The notes beneath the pieces are model-generated. The model did not search any database and was not told where the DNA came from. It was given only the letters and a program-made list of their open reading frames with translations. A program made the position numbers and the translations under genes. Source: Pseudomonadota bacterium (lineage in GTDB: Bacteria > Pseudomonadota > Alphaproteobacteria > Caulobacterales > Parvularculaceae). Taken from it: a DNA stretch of 64,000 bases. Within the stretch, counting starts at the first letter, position 1; the number at the start of each line of letters is the position of its first letter. Of the stretch, positions 22,113 to 32,485 are shown one piece after another. The DNA lies in assembly GCA_039180625.1 (NCBI GenBank), contig JBCDDE010000001.1, forward strand, positions 485,018 to 549,017. The letters are read 5' to 3'.

Positions 22113-22607
22113 ATGATCTTTACACGACGCACCGTGATGGCGTCCACATTGGCTGGCGGCATTGCTATTGCGGCGACTGGCGCTTTGGCCAGAGCGCCGG
22201 AGATTTATCTTGATGATGGCGGCTTATTCGGACAGGGTTGGTCCCACGCGGTGGGCGGCCATGATGTTGTCGCCTATCACTCCCTTCAATCTGGCGCAGC
22301 CCCTGTCATGGGTTCAGAAGATTTTCGTACGGAGTATAAAGGCGCTTCCTGGATTTTTTCTTCGCAGGAAAACCTAGATGCTTTTGTCGCCGACCCTGAC
22401 CGATACAGACCACGTTACGGCGGGTACTGCGCATGGGCGATGGCGCGCAATAAATTGGCGAAAGGCGATCCTCGCGTTTGGCATATTAGGGACGGCGAAT
22501 TATTCCTGAATGTCAGCCCACGGTTCAAAAAAGAATGGCTCGCCAATGTTGAGCGCGACATAACCCGCGCTGATAAGAATTGGCCCGATATCCTGGATCG
22601 AAACTAA
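22113..22607 (+). CDS. YHS-domain protein
   Basis: Tat-like TRR signal; GHDVVAY, W.FSSQENLDAF..DP.RY.PRYGGYCAWAM. Confidence 0.85.
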   Translation: MIFTRRTVMASTLAGGIAIAATGALARAPEIYLDDGGLFGQGWSHAVGGHDVVAYHSLQSGAAPVMGSEDFRTEYKGASWIFSSQENLDAFVADPDRYRPRYGGYCAWAMARNKLAKGDPRVWHIRDGELFLNVSPRFKKEWLANVERDITRADKNWPDILDRN

Positions 22608-22638
22608 TATTTTAATGTTGCGGAAATGTCGTTTTTTC

Positions 22639-22667
22639 TTGCGTAAATGATGTTTTCGAGTCACCAT
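22639..22667 (+). promoter_or_regulatory. Putative sigma70 promoter for the orphan riboswitch transcript
   Basis: TTGCGT-N17-CACCAT; a start site would fall at about 22672-22674, the 5' end of P1. Confidence 0.35.
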
Positions 22668-22671
22668 TTTA

Positions 22672-22863
22672 ATGTGCCGAGGGGCGTCCCGCCTGTCGCC
22701 AGTTGACGACGGTTCGTGCGACGCGCAACTCATGAATGCGTGCTATCGCAGCTACTTTAGCACAATTTGCGTGAGCAATGCGCGCCAGGGAACAAGGGCG
22801 TAAGGGACTGAGAAGAACCCTTTGAACCTGATCCGGATCATGCCGGCGTTAGGAACGGTGCAT
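22672..22863 (+). ncRNA. TPP riboswitch aptamer with a very long P3 insertion; no downstream gene
   Basis: P1 atgtgccg/cggtgcat; P2 agggg/ccctt; P3 gtccc (22686-90)/gggac (22804-08); UGAGA; ACCCUUUGAACCUGAUCCGGAUCAUGCCGGCGUUAGGAA core. Confidence 0.88.
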
Positions 22864-23012
22864 TGCTAATCTGCGAAGGTTAGCACGGGCCTATGGTCCA
22901 AGCAGAGCCAATTTCCTCGTCGCCGAATTCCAAAGGCTTGAGCAGCGGCGAGGAGACTGGTCACTTGTAGAATTACGTACTGTATCGTTTTAAGTTTTCA
23001 TATTTTTCCGTA

Positions 23013-23519
23013 TCAGAATGGATTTAACGTATATCCATCCTGCTGCAATAAAGCGTGTGCGGTCATTGCGGATAGCGCCATTTCCACTCCTGGCGCTAAG
23101 TCGGCGGTGTCGACGTCATAGTAAGCCGCGCTTTGACCGCAGACAATAATCCGGGTCTGCTGCGCGACAAGCGCTTCAACCAAGCTGAGGTTGGATTCTG
23201 CCTTCGCTGTGACATCCTTCACAGCTTTGCCGTGAATCACGACTGCGAGGTGAATATTTTCAGGATTGACGCCGGCTGCCGCATGCATATTGATAAACCG
23301 CGCTGCGGAAGTAAGCGTGCGATTGGCATCGCCTGAGTCTGCTTGCTGTCTTGTATCAAAACTTACATAGAATTTTGTCTCAGCCGGCACTGGCGTTGCG
23401 CCGTTAATTTCCGCGACTGGACCAAAGTCTTTAAATAAAGGACCGTTTTTAAACGCGTCTTCGCCTGCGATGGTCGCCGGCGCATAAAATAAAACTGCAG
23501 CAATCACCAAAATGCGCAT
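23013..23519 (-). CDS. DsrE/DsrF-like family protein (exported)
   Basis: Signal peptide; IHLAVVIHGKA, IIVCGQS, SAMTAHALLQQDGY; AGGAGA RBS. Confidence 0.82.
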   Translation of the reverse strand: MRILVIAAVLFYAPATIAGEDAFKNGPLFKDFGPVAEINGATPVPAETKFYVSFDTRQQADSGDANRTLTSAARFINMHAAAGVNPENIHLAVVIHGKAVKDVTAKAESNLSLVEALVAQQTRIIVCGQSAAYYDVDTADLAPGVEMALSAMTAHALLQQDGYTLNPF

Positions 23520-23564
23520 GTTGTCTCTCCTTAGTTTGAACGCGATCATAGGCCAACAATTCTA

Positions 23565-24329
23565 GTGAGGCCAAATTTGGGAGCTTCTGATTTGCGGACC
23601 TTAATTGCGTTTTTAATTTCTTTATTGAGCGCCGTAGACGCTAGCGCCGCCTGTGAAAAGCAAGCCCATTCCGGCAACGCGTATGTTGTGTGCCGATATG
23701 ATCCGCAAACAGCGGATGTTCGCTTTTTCCTTAATGACGCGGCCGGCGCTCCTTACCGGCATTTCAATCTCGTCAATAACGCGTTGGCCCGGAATGATGA
23801 AAAGCTGGTCTTCGCCATGAACGCCGGCATGTATCATAAGGATCGCTCGCCGGTGGGATATTACCGCGAAAATGATCGGGATATCGCGGCACTCAACACC
23901 AATGACGGGCCTGGCAATTTTCATCTGAAACCGAATGGCGTCTTTTATGTCGCGCCGGATGGTCGCGCCTTTGTCGAGGAAACAGGGACGTTTCTCAAAA
24001 TCCGGCAATCGCCGCCCAAATATGCAACTCAATCCGGTCCGATGCTCGTTATCGACGATCGCATACACCCGCGATTTTTACCGCAATCTGACTCTTTAAA
24101 GCGCCGGAACGGTGTCGGCGTCACGAAAACGGGCGAGGTTTTTTTCGTTATAACGGATAACCCTGTCCGGTTTTATGATTTTGCCGTATTTTTCCGGGAT
24201 GAGCTGAAAACGCCGAACGCACTCTATCTCGACGGAACCATCTCTCGCCTTTACGCGCCGGAACTCGGTCGCAATGATCCGGGCGCAGCCATGGGGCCGA
24301 TTGTTGGCGTCGTTGCGCACTTAGAGTAG
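23565..24329 (+). CDS. Phosphodiester glycosidase family protein (YigE/DUF2233-like)
   Basis: FAMNAGMYH, GNFHLKPNGVF, ATQSGPMLV, RNGVG, ALYLDGTIS. Confidence 0.85.
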   Translation: MRPNLGASDLRTLIAFLISLLSAVDASAACEKQAHSGNAYVVCRYDPQTADVRFFLNDAAGAPYRHFNLVNNALARNDEKLVFAMNAGMYHKDRSPVGYYRENDRDIAALNTNDGPGNFHLKPNGVFYVAPDGRAFVEETGTFLKIRQSPPKYATQSGPMLVIDDRIHPRFLPQSDSLKRRNGVGVTKTGEVFFVITDNPVRFYDFAVFFRDELKTPNALYLDGTISRLYAPELGRNDPGAAMGPIVGVVAHLE

Positions 24330-24335
24330 GCGCGT

Positions 24336-25148
24336 TCAAAGTTTAAATAGGCGTTTTGCATTCTCTCCGAGAAAAAGTTCCGTCGTTTTTTCATCAAGCC
24401 CTAGGCCTTTAAGACCCTTCAGGCATTGGCTTGGAGAGAGCATTGGCCAGTTGGTGCCGAACATGATCCGCGTCTTGCCTTCGTTTTTTAAAAGCTGAAC
24501 AAAACTCGGCGGCAGGCGGTGAAGGGCGTATGCCGAGGTGTCGACATAAAAACTGGGAAATTTATGCAGAAGCGAGGCGACTTCGTCGATCCAGGGAAAG
24601 CCGACATGACCGCCGACAACAACAAGTTCAGGAAAATCCAGCAAGACATCTTCAAGATAAGGGATAAGCCTTCCGTATTCAGATGTTTTAAGCGGGCCCG
24701 TATGGCCGATCTGGGTGCAGAAGGGCAGCCCCTCGTCAATACAGGCCGCATAGATGGGGTAGAACCTCCGGTCATTTGGCGGCAGGCTCCAAAGCCACGG
24801 CAATACGCGAACGCCGACAAAGCCTTCTTTGGCGCGGGCGCGGATTTCACGCACGGCGCCCATTGGATTTTCCAGGTTAACACTCATAACCGGTTTCAGA
24901 CGCCCGTCGGATTGATGCGCGTTCGCCAGCGTTTCGTCATTGGTCACGAGCGCGCCTGTCGGACCGGTCCAGGCTGAGATCAGGCCTGTCGCAACGCCTG
25001 CTTCATCCATAGCGGCGAGCGTCGTCTTTACAGTCGGCAGAGTGTTGCTGAGATCTTGACCGGTCCACCGAAGTAAAGGCGCAAGCCATGGTTCTGCAGC
25101 GAGTTTGCGCGTCGTTATCTGCATCCAGGCGTCTATGACAGTCGCCAT
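24336..25148 (-). CDS. Amidohydrolase family protein (amidohydro_2 type)
   Basis: IDAW, GVRVLPW, TQIGHTGP, GGHVG, VDTSAY, FGTNWP. Confidence 0.88.
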   Translation of the reverse strand: MATVIDAWMQITTRKLAAEPWLAPLLRWTGQDLSNTLPTVKTTLAAMDEAGVATGLISAWTGPTGALVTNDETLANAHQSDGRLKPVMSVNLENPMGAVREIRARAKEGFVGVRVLPWLWSLPPNDRRFYPIYAACIDEGLPFCTQIGHTGPLKTSEYGRLIPYLEDVLLDFPELVVVGGHVGFPWIDEVASLLHKFPSFYVDTSAYALHRLPPSFVQLLKNEGKTRIMFGTNWPMLSPSQCLKGLKGLGLDEKTTELFLGENAKRLFKL

Positions 25149-25255
25149 GATCAAAACCTCCCTTTTTTAGTTATAAAAAGGTAGGCCCTTCAAATGTCGA
25201 CCGGCAAGAGCGCGTTGCAGCGCGCCGTGCGCTCTTCGAGGTTGAGCAATCGCCG

Positions 25256-26131
25256 TCAGCCTTCTTCCGGCGCCAGCTTGTCCTGGGTTTTGAGTTCGAA
25301 ATCGCTGGCGTCGTGGCGTTCAAGGAGCTGCTCGGAAGGCTCGCCCCAGCCTTTGTTGACAATCCGCCCACGCTTCGCCGCCGGGCGCGCGCCAATCGCC
25401 TTCGCCCAACGCTGGACGTTCTCATAGCTTTCGACCTGCAGGAATTCGCCCGCCTCATAAAGCTTGCCGAGCGCGAGCCCGCCATACCAGGGCCAGATCG
25501 CCATATCGGCAATCGTATATTCGGCCCCGGCGATATATTCATTATCCGTGAGCTGACGATCAAGAACGTCCATCTGGCGTTTGACCTCCATTGCGTAGCG
25601 GTTGATTGGGTATTCGTATTTCTCCGGCGCATAGGCGTAGAAATGCCCGAAGCCGCCGCCGAGGAAGGGCGCCGAGCCCATCTGCCAGAAGAGCCAGTTC
25701 AGCGTTTCCGTCCGCGCCGCGCCGCTCGCCGGCAGGAACGCGCCGAACTTTTCAGCCAGATGCAGAAGGATTGAGGCGGACTCAAAGACCCGCACCGGTT
25801 CCGCGCCGGACCGATCGAGCAGCGCGGGAATTTTCGAGTTCGGATTGACGCTGACAAAGCCGGAAGAGAACTGGTCGCCTTCCTGAATGTTGATCAGCCA
25901 GGCGTCATATTCAGCGCCCTTATGACCCGCCTCCAGCAGCTCCTCGAACATGACCGTCGCTTTGACGCCGTTGGGCGTCGCGAGAGAGTAGAGCTGAAAG
26001 GCATGCTCCCCGACAGGCAGGTCTTTCTCGTGGGTCGGCCCGGCGATCGGCCTGTTGATATTGGCGAACTGGCCGCCGCTTTCGGCGTCCCATGTCCAGA
26101 CTTTCGGCGGGGTGTAGGTTGGATCGGTCAT
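25256..26131 (-). CDS. yghU: Glutathione-dependent disulfide-bond oxidoreductase YghU
   Basis: YTPPKVWTW...GGQFANINRPIAG, LYSLATPNG, NPNSKIPAL, FESASIL. Confidence 0.93.
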   Translation of the reverse strand: MTDPTYTPPKVWTWDAESGGQFANINRPIAGPTHEKDLPVGEHAFQLYSLATPNGVKATVMFEELLEAGHKGAEYDAWLINIQEGDQFSSGFVSVNPNSKIPALLDRSGAEPVRVFESASILLHLAEKFGAFLPASGAARTETLNWLFWQMGSAPFLGGGFGHFYAYAPEKYEYPINRYAMEVKRQMDVLDRQLTDNEYIAGAEYTIADMAIWPWYGGLALGKLYEAGEFLQVESYENVQRWAKAIGARPAAKRGRIVNKGWGEPSEQLLERHDASDFELKTQDKLAPEEG

Positions 26132-26216
26132 GACGGCGTCCCTGTGGCTTGCAGTTTTTTCGTATCCCTATGTAAGACGGCGCACAGAGATTGGGCCTCA
26201 CGTCTGCGCGAGCGCC

Positions 26217-26606
26217 TTATGCAAAAACCCAACGATAAGCGATATAGCAAGACAGCCAAACCGTTGCGTAGAGACAAAAATATCCGCCGTTGCCGTGAAC
26301 GAACTTCATAATTTCCGCCCGCCCCTGAGCGTTGCGGGCAAGAAATCTCAGAAAAAGGATCGCCCCGGTAATGCCGCCGAAGCCTGAAACGAGGAAGAGG
26401 CCGTCGATAATCCGCGACAGCGCGGACGCGCCCTCCGACAAGAGACTGGAGACGGGCAGGAAAGAAGCGATGCAGAACGCAAAGGTCACCGGCGCCGCCA
26501 GCGCCCAGAGGACTGCCTGATTGATGTCGCGTCTCAGGCTTGTCTGGTTTGATACAGATTTATTCTTTCCCGCTTCTTGAGGGATGTCGGTATTCTGCGC
26601 GTCCAT
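26217..26606 (-). CDS. Hypothetical membrane protein (3 TM)
   Basis: Three hydrophobic segments; GAAAGG RBS upstream; no family recognised. Confidence 0.6.
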   Translation of the reverse strand: MDAQNTDIPQEAGKNKSVSNQTSLRRDINQAVLWALAAPVTFAFCIASFLPVSSLLSEGASALSRIIDGLFLVSGFGGITGAILFLRFLARNAQGRAEIMKFVHGNGGYFCLYATVWLSCYIAYRWVFA

Positions 26607-26722
26607 AACATCTTACCTTTCACTAACGCACATCAATACGACCGCATCATCGGAGCAGATGCGGTACAGCTTGTCGCGGCCGCGTCGGGCGGGCCCGACC
26701 GCTGATCGCGTTTCCGCGTCAG

Positions 26723-26751
26723 TTGCGAGCAAGGGCCTAATCAGCTAAATA
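26723..26751 (+). promoter_or_regulatory. Putative sigma70 promoter for the TPP-rid-thiC operon
   Basis: TTGCGA-N17-TAAATA immediately before riboswitch P1. Confidence 0.45.
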
Positions 26752-26753
26752 TT

Positions 26754-26873
26754 GAATTTCCGAGGGGCGCGGGACGCCGTCCGCTGAGATCCGGTAGAGC
26801 GCGAAGTCGCGCCAAAGGCAGCCGGAGCACCCTTTGAACCTGATCGGTTAAGACCGGCGTAGGGACGGAGTTC
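26754..26873 (+). ncRNA. TPP riboswitch (translational) upstream of rid-thiC
   Basis: AGGGG...GCUGAGA...ACCCUUUGAACCUGAUCGGUUAAGACCGGCGUAGGGA; downstream ggacg/cgtcc stem flanks the AAGGAG SD at 26914-26919. Confidence 0.93.
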
Positions 26874-26927
26874 AGTGCAAGCCCGCCTTCCAACGTCGGA
26901 CGAACCGAAGCCAAAGGAGCGTCCGTC

Positions 26928-29343
<2,416 letters not shown>

Positions 29344-29349
29344 GGAAAA

Positions 29350-29383
29350 TGCGCGCCATAAAGCTTAACACCTATGGCGCGCA
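29350..29383. terminator. Terminator hairpin between thiC and the AIPR gene
   Basis: tgcgcgccata / tatggcgcgca 11-bp stem; U-tract on the minus strand. Confidence 0.72.
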
Positions 29384-29393
29384 CAAATGTCGG

Positions 29394-30620
29394 CTACTGT
29401 TTCTCGTCAGAGATGGCTAGGACTTGCATGATAGTTTCAGTGTAGGTTGCCAACCCTTCATAAGCACCAACGCTTCGGCCCATTACATAGGGGTCGCTAC
29501 TGTGCGACCTGAACTGTCGAACAGCGTGATAAACAAATTGCTCTTCGCGAAAAATGTCAGGATAGAAAATAGCGAAATCGTTATTCTCATCTATATCAAC
29601 AAAAGCTGAGAGCGCAGCCATCATGGGGAATAAAATTCCGGGTGCTACCCAATCAACTTTCTTGTTTTCATCGCGACGTACAGCTCTACCTTTTTTTGTT
29701 TCTTCAAAGAGTTTATGGCCGTTCCACGCATCCGCTGATGAGTAGTGATCGTATTCTTGCCAAATATATGGTGCGATACTGACTGTAAACTCGTACCTTT
29801 TTCGAGCAAGTTCGCGTTCCTCACCGGGATGTTCCGCGTCATGCATAACGCGATACCATTCGGCAAATTCTTGAAAACACTTCTCTTTGTTCTTGTACGG
29901 CCGCAAAATTTCCGCGTCGAATTTTGATGGCCTCAAATCCGCTGGCATTACCAATCTACAAAGCTGGATTATCAGTTTCGTATCTACAGCGTTTTCGCTT
30001 TCATCAGTTTCCGATGTTGTAATGGGCAACTTCAGAATTTTTTTGAATCGTTTGGCTAGATCGTCGAGTACGCCGCGCGCGCCAGCTTGCGAGATGCTTT
30101 TCACTGCAGTCGCAGAATTTCGAGCTATTGCGGTTTCCGTAATAGAGGATGTGTCGGGATCAACATTTATCTCGGCCCGGATATGGAAGTCCGGATCGAA
30201 AAGCGTTGTCCCGTTACCACCAAACATTTCATTTAGATAGCCGTTAATTTCGCCTTGTGTTTGTGCGCCATTTATGAGGCTAGCATCGGTTAACACTGCT
30301 ACTTTATTTTTGTCGTCAAACTCTAAATTTGAACAACAAATCGTAAGGCCGGAGTTTCGATTGACGAAACGATCAGGCTCTTCAACCAACGTCTTTCGGA
30401 TCGCTCGGTGAACTTGGTTTCGTTTTCTAGGATTATGCTCTGCAATATATTCTCGCAGATTTAATCCAGTTTCCAACTTCGAAACTTCTGTAATTGGAAG
30501 GTTTGCGAAATAGGTTTGAACCCCGGCGTCTTTTTCTTCAGGAGCCGTTAGGTTTCTGATTGTTTGGTAAGAAATTCGCACAGTTTTGGGTGTGCGGCGC
30601 CCATGCTTAATGGTTGCCAT
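29394..30620 (-). CDS. AIPR-family protein (abortive infection phage resistance C-terminal-type domain), stand-alone
   Basis: NLREY...AIRKTL.EEPDRFVNRNSGLTI, LINGAQT, IARNSATAV match AIPR motifs; visibly AT-richer than its neighbours. Confidence 0.72.
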   Translation of the reverse strand: MATIKHGRRTPKTVRISYQTIRNLTAPEEKDAGVQTYFANLPITEVSKLETGLNLREYIAEHNPRKRNQVHRAIRKTLVEEPDRFVNRNSGLTICCSNLEFDDKNKVAVLTDASLINGAQTQGEINGYLNEMFGGNGTTLFDPDFHIRAEINVDPDTSSITETAIARNSATAVKSISQAGARGVLDDLAKRFKKILKLPITTSETDESENAVDTKLIIQLCRLVMPADLRPSKFDAEILRPYKNKEKCFQEFAEWYRVMHDAEHPGEERELARKRYEFTVSIAPYIWQEYDHYSSADAWNGHKLFEETKKGRAVRRDENKKVDWVAPGILFPMMAALSAFVDIDENNDFAIFYPDIFREEQFVYHAVRQFRSHSSDPYVMGRSVGAYEGLATYTETIMQVLAISDEKQ

Positions 30621-30786
30621 ATTGGCCTCTCTATATTGGTTCAGGCTTTAACGAGTCGACGACCCTTCGTCACTCAACGCCTCGAACAATGGATTCGAAT
30701 TACACGCATTTTCCGTGATGTCAAATCGCCTTGGTTTATGACAACCGGTTTGTGACGAGCAGTGCATTCCATGCTAACCCCGCCCC

Positions 30787-32001
30787 ATGACCAACCAAAG
30801 AGAATTCGACGTCATTGTCTGGGGCGCTACCGGCTTCACCGGGCGGCTTGTGGCGGAATATCTGAACGAGCGCCACGGGACTGAGAGTAACGTCCGCTGG
30901 GCCATGGCCGGACGGAACGCAGGGAAGCTGGGCGAGGTTGCAGAATTGATCGGCGCGGGGCGCGTCGACCTCGTCACTGGCGACGCCGCCGATCCGAAAT
31001 CCCTTGGCGAAATGGCGCGGCGCGCCAAGGCGGTCATCACCACGGTCGGGCCATATCAGAAATATGGCGAGCCTTTGGTGGAGGCCTGCGTCGCCGCCGG
31101 AACGGATTATGTCGACCTCTCCGGCGAGTCGCCCTTCATGCGCCGGATGATCGATCAGTATTCGGAACAAGCGAGAGCAACCGGCGCGCGCATCGTTCAT
31201 TCCTGCGGCTTTGATTCAATCCCGTTCGATCTCGGCGTTTATTATGTGCAAGGATTGGCCAAAGAAAAATTCGGGGCCCCCGCGCATGAGGTGAAAGGCC
31301 GCGTCATGGCCGCGAAGGGCGGGGCTTCCGGCGGGACGGTGGCGTCGGCGCTCGCGACGCTTGAAAATATCAGCGACCCGTTCGTGCGCCGCGTGATGCG
31401 CGACATTTATTCCCTCGCGCCGGACGATACCGTGAAACGCCCGCGCCAGCCGGACGGGAACACGCCCTATTACGACCGCGACGCCCGCAAATGGGTCGCG
31501 CCGTTCATCATGGCGGCGATCAACGCGCGCAACGTCCATCGCTCCAACATGCTGATGAACTACGCCTGGGGCGAGGACTTCAAGTATTCGGAGATGATGG
31601 CCGCGCCCAACGCGCCGGCGGGGTTCGCGATTGCGGGCGGGCTCGGCGGTTTCGCCGGCGCGCTCGCCTTTCCGCCGACCCGCGCGCTCTTGAAAAACAC
31701 CGTCCTGCCGTCGCCGGGCGAGGGGCCGAAGAAGGAAAAACGCGAAGCGGGCTTTTACAAAATCCTTTTCATCGCCAAGAATAAAGACGGGCAAACGGTC
31801 AAAGCGATGGTCAAAGGCGACCGCGATCCCGGTTACGGCTCAACGTCGAAACTGATCGCGGAAGCTGCGCTTTGTCTCGCATTCGACGTTTCCCGCGAGG
31901 AAACGCCGGGCGGCGTCTGGACGCCCGCCGCCGCCATGGGCGAAAAACTGATCGCGCGGCTGGCCGAGAATGCGGGGCTGACTTTCGAGCCGGCCTCATG
32001 A
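30787..32001 (+). CDS. Saccharopine dehydrogenase-like NADP-binding oxidoreductase (trans-acting enoyl reductase-like)
   Basis: WGATGFTG, WAMAGRN, TTVGPY, DLSGE, HSCGFDSIPFDLG, DPGYGST. Confidence 0.9.
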   Translation: MTNQREFDVIVWGATGFTGRLVAEYLNERHGTESNVRWAMAGRNAGKLGEVAELIGAGRVDLVTGDAADPKSLGEMARRAKAVITTVGPYQKYGEPLVEACVAAGTDYVDLSGESPFMRRMIDQYSEQARATGARIVHSCGFDSIPFDLGVYYVQGLAKEKFGAPAHEVKGRVMAAKGGASGGTVASALATLENISDPFVRRVMRDIYSLAPDDTVKRPRQPDGNTPYYDRDARKWVAPFIMAAINARNVHRSNMLMNYAWGEDFKYSEMMAAPNAPAGFAIAGGLGGFAGALAFPPTRALLKNTVLPSPGEGPKKEKREAGFYKILFIAKNKDGQTVKAMVKGDRDPGYGSTSKLIAEAALCLAFDVSREETPGGVWTPAAAMGEKLIARLAENAGLTFEPAS

Positions 32002-32453
32002 CCGCTGCAACTATTGCCGTACGCTTAGTTTCCGCCGGCGACATTGCGGTGTTATACCATATCGCGCCGGAGGTCTTTGACGATCCGATCATCCCGTCCT
32101 CGGCGGAGGCGTTCCTGAAAGATCCAAACGCGTTTCTTGTTGTGGCTGTCGATACGGCGAAAGGCGATCTCGTCATCGGTTTCGCTTCGGCCATGGCGCA
32201 TATCCATCCGGACAAGGAACGCCCTGAACTCTGGATCAACGAAGTCGGCGTCGCGCCGGCCTATCATCGCCGGGGCGTCGGCAAGGCGATCTTGAAAACG
32301 CTCTTTGAAGAAGCGCGCAAAGCCGGCTGCGCGCTCGCCTGGGTGGCGACAGACGACGATAACAAAGCCGCGCTTGCGCTTTACAACGCGGCTGGCGGCA
32401 AGCCGCCGGAACGCCAAATCCATATCGATTTTGATTTGATAAAAGACGCATGA
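31998..32453 (+). CDS. GNAT family N-acetyltransferase
   Basis: LWINEVGVAPAYHRRGVGKA acetyl-CoA motif; ATGA overlap with the upstream stop. Confidence 0.9.
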   Translation: MTAATIAVRLVSAGDIAVLYHIAPEVFDDPIIPSSAEAFLKDPNAFLVVAVDTAKGDLVIGFASAMAHIHPDKERPELWINEVGVAPAYHRRGVGKAILKTLFEEARKAGCALAWVATDDDNKAALALYNAAGGKPPERQIHIDFDLIKDA

Positions 32454-32485
32454 GCGCTTTGCACTGCGTGTCGCTGTCTATCAGG

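Noticed and set aside
22113-22607. Possible selenoprotein form of the YHS protein
   Set aside because: The relevant position is a TGC Cys codon and there is no in-frame TGA
22893-22970. 25-codon ORF MVQAEPISSSPNSKGLSSGEETGHL after the orphan riboswitch
   Set aside because: No SD before its ATG, and the only strong SD lies near its 3' end; no recognisable similarity. Treated as chance
26701-26750. SAM-II-like blocks (GCUGAU...UUGCGAGC...UCAGCUAAA) directly upstream of the thiC TPP riboswitch, suggesting a tandem SAM/TPP switch
   Set aside because: The essential GAUUU loop reads GAUCG, P1 would be only 3 bp, and the same bases are explained more simply as a TTGCGA-N17-TAAATA promoter
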